From contig CAKUJA010000050.1 in NCBI GenBank assembly GCA_934661135.1, forward strand, positions 1-16,680: DNA of 16,680 nucleotides, written 5' to 3'. Of this stretch, positions 1 through 6,477 are shown piece after piece. This DNA is from an uncultured Oscillospiraceae bacterium (GTDB lineage: Bacteria > Bacillota > Clostridia > Oscillospirales > Oscillospiraceae). The translations under genes were made by a program, and so were the position numbers. The notes under the pieces are model-generated. The model was given only the letters and a program-made list of their open reading frames with translations. It was not told the origin of the DNA and ran no database searches. Numbering within the stretch: position 1 is the first letter of the stretch; the number at the start of each line of letters is the position of its first letter.

Positions 1-48
1 AAGGATATGATTTGAAACGATCTTGATAATTGACCGACATATGAAGAT

Positions 49-90
49 GCGCTGCTTGTAATTCTGCAAGCAGCGCGTCTTTATGTTTTT
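49..90 (+). terminator. Rho-independent terminator of a gene ending upstream of the window
   Basis: Perfect 10-bp stem GCGCTGCTTG (49-58) / CAAGCAGCGC (67-76) with an 8-nt loop, followed by the T-rich tail GTCTTTATGTTTTT. Confidence 0.5.
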
Positions 91-122
91 CCTGAAATGT
101 TGTTCTGGCAATGATATGACCG

Positions 123-143
123 TGACTACTATTTGACTACTAT
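123..143. repeat. Tandem direct repeat TGACTACTAT x2 with 11-bp period; possible protein-binding site
   Basis: TGACTACTAT at 123-132 and again at 134-143, in the non-coding region upstream of the Mrr-like gene. Confidence 0.4.
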
Positions 144-413
144 CATCCGAAATCCCAAAAAAGCCGGTTTGTCCAGTGTTTTCAATGGCTTTGCAATCAT
201 TCAGAAAAGACGAACATTCTCGCAAAAAACCGTATAACCCTTGAAAATACAGCATTTTATCAGATGATGTCTGAAAACTCCGACTCTGTAGGTCGCTCGT
301 TCGAATCGTATCGGGCGTACCATAGAAATACCCACCCCATCAGCGCATTTTGCGTCTCGAGCGTTGCTTTTTTCAGGAGCGTCGCGTAAAATGGAGAAAA
401 AGGAGGGGGCGCG

Positions 414-1436
414 ATGCAGACTTGGACGGATGAAGCGCTGCGGGGAGTGCTGTGTGAGGAACTGGCGGCGGCTGCGCCGCTGCGGCGCAAGCAGCTTATT
501 GAGCGCTGCGCGGGGCGGCTCGGAGAACAGGTGAGAAGTAAAGCGGATCTGCGGCCGGACTCGGCGGTGGTACGCGGCAAAAGCCGGTTGGGAATGCTGC
601 TGACAGAGCTGATTCACAGCGGCGTGATTACGGAAGATGCGGTTGGCTTTTTGCGGGTGCAGCCGGAACAGCTCATCGGCGTGAGTCCGGCGAAGGTGCG
701 CGAGTTTGTACTCTCGGAGCTTGGCGGCGGACAGACGCTTGGCAAGCAGACGCTTTTTCGGCGTGCGGAGCACCATTTCGGCACGGATCTGACGGCAGGA
801 AAGGCCGATGACAACGCGCTGCGGAGTATCGTCGGACGAGTGCTGCTGGAGCTGGAGCGGGAGCAGCACATCCGCAAGACGAGCCGCGGCTACCGGCTTG
901 CGGACGAGGGCGGCTATCCGGGCACGGAGCTTGGAAGCTGGCTGCGGCAGGCCGCCGAGGGAGGCGATCTGCGGGAATGCTTCCTCGAAGCGGTGCACAC
1001 GAAGGGCGGCGAATGGTTTGAGGTCTACTGCGTGGAGCTGCTGCGGCGGTACTATGTGCTGACGGGCAAGGTGGTTGACGAAGGAACCGTGACCGGCGGT
1101 TCGGACGACGGCGGAATTGACGGCGTGATCCATACGCAGGACGACCTTGGATACCGGGAGACGGTGCTCATGCAGATGAAAAACCGCCATGCCGTGATGT
1201 GCAGCAAGGATGTGCGGGAGTTCTATGGCGCGGTGTGCGCGGAAAACGGCTCGCGTGGGATTTTTATCACGCTTTCGAGCTTCCATCCGGATGCGCAGAA
1301 GTTCCTCGATAAGGTTGATAATCTGACCGGTGTGGACGGCGACAAGCTGTTTGAAATTGCAAAGAAATGCGGATATGGGATTTTGGAGCAAGATGGCCGG
1401 TATCGGATTGATGAGAAGCTGCTGATGGAAGAATAG
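414..1436 (+). CDS. Mrr-like (type IV) restriction endonuclease domain protein with an unassigned ~200-aa N-terminal region
   Basis: 340-aa ORF with a GGAGG RBS about 7 nt upstream of ATG 414. The C-terminal third follows the Mrr_cat pattern (GGSDDGGIDGVIH...VLMQMKNR...VREFYGAV...GIFITLSSFHPDAQKF). A terminator follows the stop codon. Confidence 0.8.
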   Translation: MQTWTDEALRGVLCEELAAAAPLRRKQLIERCAGRLGEQVRSKADLRPDSAVVRGKSRLGMLLTELIHSGVITEDAVGFLRVQPEQLIGVSPAKVREFVLSELGGGQTLGKQTLFRRAEHHFGTDLTAGKADDNALRSIVGRVLLELEREQHIRKTSRGYRLADEGGYPGTELGSWLRQAAEGGDLRECFLEAVHTKGGEWFEVYCVELLRRYYVLTGKVVDEGTVTGGSDDGGIDGVIHTQDDLGYRETVLMQMKNRHAVMCSKDVREFYGAVCAENGSRGIFITLSSFHPDAQKFLDKVDNLTGVDGDKLFEIAKKCGYGILEQDGRYRIDEKLLMEE

Positions 1437-1445
1437 AAGGAAAAC

Positions 1446-1474
1446 GGGGACGCTATTGTGTCCCCATTCTTTTC
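1446..1474 (+). terminator. Rho-independent terminator after the Mrr-like gene
   Basis: GGGGAC (1446-1451) / GTCCCC (1460-1465) stem with an 8-nt loop, then ATTCTTTTCG. Confidence 0.5.
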
Positions 1475-1608
1475 GCCTCTATTCGGAAAATGTTTTTCGA
1501 CCCCGTTTCCTGTTCTCCTTTGCGTGCGGAGGAAACCGGAAAAGCGGGCGGACAGAGTCATCCGCCCCTACAAGGTGCAGCAGAATAGGGGGAACAGGGC
1601 GCGGGATG

Positions 1609-1643
1609 TAAAAAGGCGGCTCGCATTGGAAAATGCGAGCCGC
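1609..1643 (-). terminator. Rho-independent terminator of the phosphoribosyltransferase gene
   Basis: 12-bp stem GCGGCTCGCATT (1616-1627) / AATGCGAGCCGC (1632-1643) with a GGAA loop. On the minus strand it is followed by a T-run (A-run 1610-1614 on plus). It sits about 20 nt past the minus-strand stop at 1662. Confidence 0.7.
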
Positions 1644-1661
1644 TGATGTGTCCATAGGGAG

Positions 1662-2219
1662 TTAAGCCTTGACGGTGCCGTCAGCGTTAAAGACCGGGAG
1701 CTTTTCCAGGTAGATGATGTCGCTGCGCTGCTGCGCTTCGCCCTCGGCGAGGACAGCCATACGGCCGGCGACGGTTGCGCCCGCTTCTTCGACGAGCTTT
1801 TCCAGCGCCTTGAGTGATTCGCCGGTCGAGATCACGTCGTCGACGATCAGAATGCGCTTGCCGCGCATCAAGGCGGCATCCGCGCCGGAGAGATAGAGGT
1901 GCTGCTCATGCTGCGTGGTGATGGAGTTGACATCGACGCAGAGCGGATCGGTCAGGTAGACCTTCAGTCCCTTGCGGGCAACGAAATAGGTCTTTGCGCC
2001 GGACTGACGCGCCATCTCGTGAATCAGGGGAATGCTCTTGGCTTCGGCCGTGAGCAGATAGTCATAGTCTTTCGGCGCGCGGGCGAGAAGCTCCTTTGCG
2101 CAGGCCACGGTGATCTCCGCGTCACCGAACATGATGAACGCGCCAATGTACAGATCGTCTGCCACCTTACAGAGCGGAAGCTCCCGCTTGACACCGGCGA
2201 TCGTCATGGGATAGGTCAT
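1662..2219 (-). CDS. Phosphoribosyltransferase family protein (purine/adenine-xanthine PRT-like)
   Basis: The ORF track gives 1662..2297. I trim the start to ATG 2219 (MTYPMTIAGV...) because the minus strand reads AAAGGAGACGACAGT-ATG there, giving a GGAG RBS. The PRPP-binding loop RILIVDDVISTGES is typical of type I PRTases. Confidence 0.85.
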   Translation of the reverse strand: MTYPMTIAGVKRELPLCKVADDLYIGAFIMFGDAEITVACAKELLARAPKDYDYLLTAEAKSIPLIHEMARQSGAKTYFVARKGLKVYLTDPLCVDVNSITTQHEQHLYLSGADAALMRGKRILIVDDVISTGESLKALEKLVEEAGATVAGRMAVLAEGEAQQRSDIIYLEKLPVFNADGTVKA

Positions 2220-2268
2220 ACTGTCGTCTCCTTTATTACACAGTTTTTCCGTGTATATTATCTTTGTT

Positions 2269-2297
2269 ATTATAGTCAGGCCTGGTTTGCTTGTCAA
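2269..2297 (-). promoter_or_regulatory. Sigma-70-type promoter for the PRT gene
   Basis: The minus strand reads TTGACA (2297-2292), a 17-nt spacer, then TATAAT (2274-2269), about 45 nt upstream of ATG 2219. Both hexamers are consensus. Confidence 0.65.
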
Positions 2298-2369
2298 ATA
2301 AATTTGCGATTTTCGTCTTTTTGCAAAAAATCTAAAAATAATTTAGCGCAAAACGCACGTCCTAACAGC

Positions 2370-2398
2370 TTGTTTTTTCGGGCAATATTCACTATAAT
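2370..2398 (+). promoter_or_regulatory. Candidate promoter for the purine permease gene
   Basis: TTGTTT (2370-2375), a 17-nt spacer, then TATAAT (2393-2398), about 60 nt upstream of ATG 2458. Confidence 0.5.
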
Positions 2399-2457
2399 AT
2401 GTGTAAAGGGTTCGCCCATACCGGACGAACTGGGAGAAATGAAATGGAGGAATTTGT

Positions 2458-3861
2458 ATGGAAAAACGCTTTCATCTGAAGGAACACGGTACGACCGTCC
2501 GGACAGAGATCATGGCCGGTATTACCACCTTCATGGCGATGGCCTACATTCTGATGGTCAACGCCGGTATGTTCGCTGAGCTTGGCACGGTGAGCTACGG
2601 CGCGGTCTACATCGCAACCGCCATCTCCGCTGTCATCGGCACGGTTCTCATCGGCCTGCTGTCCAACCTGCCGCTGGCGCAGGCGTCTGGCATGGGCCTG
2701 AATGCGTACTTCGTTTACACAGTCTGCTTCGGCATGGGTCTGAGCTATGCCAACGCGCTGGTCATGGTTCTTGTCGACGGCATCGTGTTCGTGCTGCTGA
2801 CGGTCACCGGTCTGCGCAAGATCATCTTCGACGCGATCCCGCAGGCGGTCAAGGTCGCCATCTCCGCTGGTATCGGCCTGTTCATCGCCTTCATCGGGAT
2901 GCAGAACGCCGGTATCGTTGTGGACGACGGCGCAACGCTGGTCAATCTGGTTTCGTTTAACGTATTCTCCGGTTCGGCGACTTGGGCAACGGTGTTCCCG
3001 CTGCTGCTCACGATCATCACGGTCTTTGCCATCGGCGCGATGTCCAAGAAGAAGGTCAAGGGCGCGGTTCTGTGGGGCATCCTCGGCTCCGCTGTGATCT
3101 ACTACATCGTCGGCCTGATCTCCATCCCCGATTTCTACGCCACTGCGGTTGCTCCCAACCTGACGAGCGACTTCTTCGGTGCGTTTAAGGACTTCGGCTC
3201 CATGGCGTTCGGCAAGGTCTTTACGGAAGGCTTTGACTTCTCTGCGTACATTGCGGCCAACGGCTCCGGCGCGTTCATCGTCATGTTCATCACCTCGATG
3301 CTTGCGTTCTGCATGGTCGATATGTTCGATACCCTTGGCACGCTGTACGGCGCCTGCGCCTGCGGCAATATGCTGACCAAGGAAGGCAACGTCCCCAACA
3401 TGGACAAGGCGATGCTGGCTGACGCCATCGCTACCTGCTGCGGCGCAGTCTGCGGCACGTCCACTGTTACCACGTTCGTCGAGTCCTCCGCGGGTGTCGC
3501 TGAAGGCGGCCGCACCGGTCTTGCGTCCATGGCGACCGCTGCGCTGTTCTTCATTGCGATGTTCCTCGCGCCGGTTGCGCAGCTCATTCCGACCTACGCC
3601 TGCGCGGCTGCGCTGATCTACGTCGGCGTGCTTATGATGAGCAACGTCCGCAACATCAACTGGGATGATCCTGCGGAAGCGGTTGTCGGCTTCCTGACCG
3701 TGGCCATCATGCCGCTGACCTACAATATTTCCTATGGTATTGCGTTCGGCCTGATCTCCTATGTGTTCGTTAAGATCTTCACCGGCAAGATCAAGGAAGT
3801 CAACGTCGGCACCTGGGTCATCACGATCCTGTTTGCACTGATGTTCTTCCTGACGCACTAA
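2458..3861 (+). CDS. NCS2/AzgA-family purine permease (adenine/guanine/hypoxanthine type)
   Basis: 467-aa polytopic membrane ORF with a GGAGG RBS 7 nt upstream. The N-terminus (MEKRFHLKEHGTTVRTEIMAGITTFMAMAYILMVNAGM) is characteristic of AzgA/PbuG-like permeases. A strong terminator follows. Confidence 0.9.
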   Translation: MEKRFHLKEHGTTVRTEIMAGITTFMAMAYILMVNAGMFAELGTVSYGAVYIATAISAVIGTVLIGLLSNLPLAQASGMGLNAYFVYTVCFGMGLSYANALVMVLVDGIVFVLLTVTGLRKIIFDAIPQAVKVAISAGIGLFIAFIGMQNAGIVVDDGATLVNLVSFNVFSGSATWATVFPLLLTIITVFAIGAMSKKKVKGAVLWGILGSAVIYYIVGLISIPDFYATAVAPNLTSDFFGAFKDFGSMAFGKVFTEGFDFSAYIAANGSGAFIVMFITSMLAFCMVDMFDTLGTLYGACACGNMLTKEGNVPNMDKAMLADAIATCCGAVCGTSTVTTFVESSAGVAEGGRTGLASMATAALFFIAMFLAPVAQLIPTYACAAALIYVGVLMMSNVRNINWDDPAEAVVGFLTVAIMPLTYNISYGIAFGLISYVFVKIFTGKIKEVNVGTWVITILFALMFFLTH

Positions 3862-3874
3862 GCGGATTGGTTTG

Positions 3875-3908
3875 CCGCCCCGGCTCGAAAGAGCCGGGGC
3901 GGTTTTCT
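3875..3908 (+). terminator. Rho-independent terminator of the permease gene
   Basis: 12-bp GC-rich stem CCGCCCCGGCTC (3875-3886) / GAGCCGGGGCGG (3891-3902) with a GAAA tetraloop, then TTTTCT. Confidence 0.85.
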
Positions 3909-4015
3909 GCTTCAGCGCGACAAAAGTTGGAGCCGGCGGAGCTTGGCGGGGCGATTGCGTTTAGCGGGAGAGTGTGGTATGCTGAATGTAAATATAATTT
4001 ACGGGGGACGGTAAT

Positions 4016-4897
4016 ATGACACTGGGACAGAAGCTCCGGCAGACGCGGCTGAAGGCGGGCTTGACACAGAGCCAGGTTGCGGGGGATCGGATTACGCGGA
4101 ATATGCTGTCGCAGCTCGAGAACGATCTGGCGACGCCGAGCGTAAAGACGCTGGAGTATCTGGCTTCCGTGCTGGGGGTGAGCGTCGGATGGCTGATGAC
4201 GGATGAAACATCTGATTTAGAATTGAAAATAATTGGGAATGCTAGGAGAATGCTGCAGGAGCGGCAGTTTGCGGCGTGTTTAGCGCTGATGGAGCGGCAG
4301 AAAGCGGCAAAAACGGAGGAAGAATTGCTGATTTTAGCGGTTGCTGCGGCAGAGGTTGCGGAAGCGCTGCTGCAAGAGGAGCAATTTGCTGCGGCAAAGC
4401 AGCGGGCGGAGCAGGCGATTGCGTGGAATGAATGCGGCATTTACCGGCAAACGTCAATTTCATTGCGGTCGAAAGCGGTACTTGTGCGGTGTGCGCAGCG
4501 GCAGGGCGATGCGGCAGATGCGGTTGCGGCGTACCGAGCGCAGTATTTGCAAGCGGCAGATGCGGTGGACTATCATCTGCTGATGGCGCGGTATCAGCTG
4601 GAGCAGGAGCACATTCAGGCGGCGGAGCGGGAGATCTGGTCAATCGCGGAGCTGCCGGAGCATAAGCGCGCGGAATATCTGATTCTGCGCGGGCGGATCG
4701 CCTACAAGAAGGAGCAGTATGAAAATGCGATTCTCTACTTGCAGCAGGCGGAGGAGTGCGGCGCACTGCCGCGGCTGCTGAAGCGGGAGCTTTGGCGCAC
4801 GATGGAGCTTTGCTGCAAGGAGACGGAGGACTACCAGCAGGCGTATCAGTATGCGAGCAAGCAGCTTGAGTTGCAGAATGAGACGCAGACACAGTAG
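4016..4897 (+). CDS. XRE-family HTH transcriptional regulator with a C-terminal TPR-like helical repeat domain (RNPP-like architecture)
   Basis: 293 aa. The N-terminus (LGQKLRQTRLKAGLTQSQVAG...ISRNMLSQLENDLATPSVKTLEYLASVLGV) is a classic HTH_3 domain. The remainder is A/Q/E/L-rich helical repeats, including the TPR-like stretch LILRGRIAYKKEQYENAILYLQQAEE. Confidence 0.8.
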   Translation: MTLGQKLRQTRLKAGLTQSQVAGDRITRNMLSQLENDLATPSVKTLEYLASVLGVSVGWLMTDETSDLELKIIGNARRMLQERQFAACLALMERQKAAKTEEELLILAVAAAEVAEALLQEEQFAAAKQRAEQAIAWNECGIYRQTSISLRSKAVLVRCAQRQGDAADAVAAYRAQYLQAADAVDYHLLMARYQLEQEHIQAAEREIWSIAELPEHKRAEYLILRGRIAYKKEQYENAILYLQQAEECGALPRLLKRELWRTMELCCKETEDYQQAYQYASKQLELQNETQTQ

Positions 4898-5064
4898 GGA
4901 TATGGAAAGAAATCTGCCCGCCGGGAACGAGTTTGGTCTCGGGGGGCAGAAGGCGCGTCATACGTTGGGCGCGTCAGGCAAGAATGCAGGTCGATCCGCG
5001 AAAAAACCGGCCGCCGGGACTGGCGAACACGCACAAGGACAACAACAAAATACCGCGCAGAGCA

Positions 5065-5107
5065 AGAGAAGTCCTTCCGGGAAACCGGAAGGACTTCTCT
5101 TTTGCCC
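5065..5107 (+). terminator. Strong hairpin terminator about 170 nt downstream of the regulator gene
   Basis: Perfect 16-bp stem AGAGAAGTCCTTCCGG (5065-5080) / CCGGAAGGACTTCTCT (5085-5100) with a GAAA loop, then TTTGCCC. Confidence 0.6.
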
Positions 5108-5260
5108 AAAAGTCTGCTGGTTTACGCTTTGGAGCCCTGCAATAAAAATGCGAATTGCATTAGGCTTCGGTTTTGCCGTTCTGCTTGTGTCGGCATCCAG
5201 GCCAGAGGATGCAGTATAATGACCTCCTGAATCAAAGAACGATTTGCAGGAGGGACTGCT

Positions 5261-6106
5261 ATGAACGAGAGAAAATTATCTGCAACCATACTCGCAGAAT
5301 ACGACCGCTGGCTGCGGCAGGAGGAGCGAGCCGATGCTACGCGGGAAAAATATCTGCGCAGCATCCGAGCCTTTGCCGCGTGGCTGGGCAGCGCGGCGGT
5401 CACGAAGGATGCCGTGACGGAATGGAAGGCACATTTAGTCCAGCAGCGGCAAGCACCATCTACCATCAACACCGCGCTTGCCGCGCTGAACGGCCTGCTC
5501 CGCTTCCTCGGCTGGGAGGACTGCCGCGCAAAATTTCTGAAAGTCCAGCGCTGCATCTTCCGCGCACCGGAGCGCGAGCTGGCGCACGCGGAGTATGCCC
5601 GTCTGCTCGCCGCCGCAAAAAATTCCGGCGATGCGCGGCTTGCGCTGCTGATGGAGAGCATCTGCGCGACCGGTATCCGCGTCAGCGAGGTGAAGTTTCT
5701 CACCGTGGAAGCCGCGCAGTGCGGCCGTGCCGAGGTTGCATTGAAGGGCAAGATCCGCACCATTCTGCTGCCCGCGAAGCTCTGCCGCAAGCTGCTGAAA
5801 TACGCCAAAAAGCAAAAAATCGCCCGCGGCGAGATTTTTCTCACCACGGGCGGAAAAGGCATGGACAGGCGGCAGATCTGGTCTGCCATGAAGCGGCTGT
5901 GCCGCAAGGCGGGCGTCGCGCCGTCGAAGGTGTTTCCGCACAATCTGCGGCATCTGTTCGCAACGGCGTACTACCGCGTGTATCGCGACATCGTGAAGCT
6001 CGCGGATATGCTCGGCCACAGCTCGATTGAAACGACGCGCATCTATCTCGTCGAGAGCGGCGCGGAGCACCAGCGCCAGCTCGACCGGCTTGGCCTGATC
6101 ACATAG
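5261..6106 (+). CDS. Tyrosine site-specific recombinase (phage-integrase/XerCD family, small ~280-aa type)
   Basis: 281 aa with an AGGAGGG RBS 7 nt upstream. Catalytic signature residues are present: ATGIRVSE (Arg), HNLRH (His-x-x-Arg), GHSSIETTRIYL (His...Tyr), plus an N-terminal SAM-like core-binding domain. Confidence 0.9.
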   Translation: MNERKLSATILAEYDRWLRQEERADATREKYLRSIRAFAAWLGSAAVTKDAVTEWKAHLVQQRQAPSTINTALAALNGLLRFLGWEDCRAKFLKVQRCIFRAPERELAHAEYARLLAAAKNSGDARLALLMESICATGIRVSEVKFLTVEAAQCGRAEVALKGKIRTILLPAKLCRKLLKYAKKQKIARGEIFLTTGGKGMDRRQIWSAMKRLCRKAGVAPSKVFPHNLRHLFATAYYRVYRDIVKLADMLGHSSIETTRIYLVESGAEHQRQLDRLGLIT

Positions 6107-6127
6107 GACAGAATCCATATTCTGTCC
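6106..6127. repeat. Left recombination-site candidate (IRL): palindromic GGACAGAAT-CCAT-ATTCTGTCC
   Basis: 6106-6122 (GGACAGAATCCATATTC) is the exact reverse complement of 6374-6390. The site overlaps the recombinase stop codon TAG at 6104-6106. Confidence 0.75.
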
Positions 6128-6174
6128 ATGCCTGTACCAGCAGAGCGCAGTATTCCACATTGCTATCTATTGAA

Positions 6175-6203
6175 AATATAGCACGGAATATGTCAAAAAT
6201 CAA
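6175..6203 (-). promoter_or_regulatory. Promoter inside the invertible segment, pointing toward the recombinase gene in this orientation
   Basis: The minus strand reads TTGATT (6203-6198), a 17-nt spacer, then TATATT (6180-6175). An overlapping TTGACA lies at 6196-6191. Confidence 0.55.
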
Positions 6204-6233
6204 TAGTGGGGCTACTTCTGCGCGCAAAAAATC

Positions 6234-6263
6234 CAGTCTCAAAAACTCGGTTTTTTGAGACTG
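6234..6263. terminator. Bidirectional terminator-like hairpin inside the invertible segment
   Basis: 12-bp stem CAGTCTCAAAAA (6234-6245) / TTTTTGAGACTG (6252-6263). T-rich tracts follow on the plus strand (TGCTTTTGTGCGCTTTTTTCTTTTT) and on the minus strand (GATTTTTTGCG). Confidence 0.5.
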
Positions 6264-6367
6264 TGCTTTTGTGCGCTTTTTTCTTTTTCGTTGGTCGTTT
6301 AGCCTGCGTTTCAAGGGAGCTTTTCCCTATTTCATCATGATTCTCATCTCGCTCTGCGGCAAGCGGT

Positions 6368-6390
6368 GGAACGGAATATGGATTCTGTCC
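6368..6390. repeat. Right recombination-site candidate (IRR): GGAACGGAAT-ATGG-ATTCTGTCC
   Basis: GAATATGGATTCTGTCC (6374-6390) is the reverse complement of 6106-6122. The central ATGG is inverted relative to CCAT in IRL. Confidence 0.75.
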
Positions 6391-6477
6391 ATGCCAAAAA
6401 GCGTGGCACGAAACAAGGTAGACCCAGCCCGTGGAAGCGGACAAAACATAAAGATATTTGATTTAGGAGGAACGATC

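Larger units (their letters stand above)
6106..6390. promoter_or_regulatory. Candidate invertible promoter element (inverton), currently OFF with respect to the downstream surface-protein gene
   Basis: 17-bp perfect inverted repeats flank ~250 bp that contain an outward-facing (minus-strand) promoter and a bidirectional terminator hairpin. A tyrosine recombinase gene lies immediately adjacent, and the large surface-protein gene starts 88 nt after IRR. Confidence 0.65.

Noticed and set aside
283-322. tRNA-like 3' fragment (TTCGAAT T-loop motif followed by ...GGGCGTACCA)
   Set aside because: The T-stem would pair at only 3 of 5 positions. No matching 5' acceptor strand or D-arm lies upstream, and the putative anticodon loop lacks U33. 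At best it is a decayed remnant, so I do not call it a tRNA gene.
201-1391. 396-aa minus-strand ORF overlapping the Mrr-like gene, with nested ORFs at 260-580, 614-877 and 808-1062
   Set aside because: It is antisense to an ORF with a clear domain signature and RBS. The R/A/L/H-rich composition is typical of shadow ORFs in high-GC DNA, and there is no RBS or recognisable motif.
2220-2297. N-terminal extension of the phosphoribosyltransferase ORF
   Set aside because: The extension runs through the consensus promoter (-10 and -35). The internal ATG at 2219 has a proper GGAG RBS.
2298-2457. Possible purine riboswitch or other leader element upstream of the purine permease
   Set aside because: I looked for the guanine/adenine riboswitch core (three-way junction with conserved UAUAAU...CCGnnAAnnnnnACUA-type elements) on both strands and found nothing resembling it. 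The ~55-nt leader is too short.
2392-3858. 488-aa minus-strand ORF, plus 2745-3080, 3135-3587 and plus-strand off-frame ORFs inside the permease gene
   Set aside because: They mirror the well-supported permease CDS and have a highly charged, low-complexity composition (R/D/G/H-rich) with no RBS.
4902-5219. Long plus-strand ORF (part of 4851-5219) starting MERNLPAGNEF..., downstream of the regulator
   Set aside because: It reads straight through the 16-bp-stem terminator at 5065-5107, has only a weak RBS and has a low-complexity basic composition. Only its last 23 codons (from ATG 5148) are considered, as a speculative mini-ORF.
4242-6160. Overlapping ORFs at 4242-4961(-), 4341-4583(+), 4432-4665(+), 5122-5943(-), 5173-6030(+) and 5435-6160(-)
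   Set aside because: All overlap the HTH/TPR regulator or the tyrosine recombinase, both of which carry clear family motifs. The translations are Pro/Ala/Arg-rich shadow products.
6271-6477. Upstream extension of the surface-protein ORF (track start 6271)
   Set aside because: The extension crosses the right inverted repeat and lacks an RBS. ATG 6478 has a GGAGG RBS and begins a canonical signal peptide.
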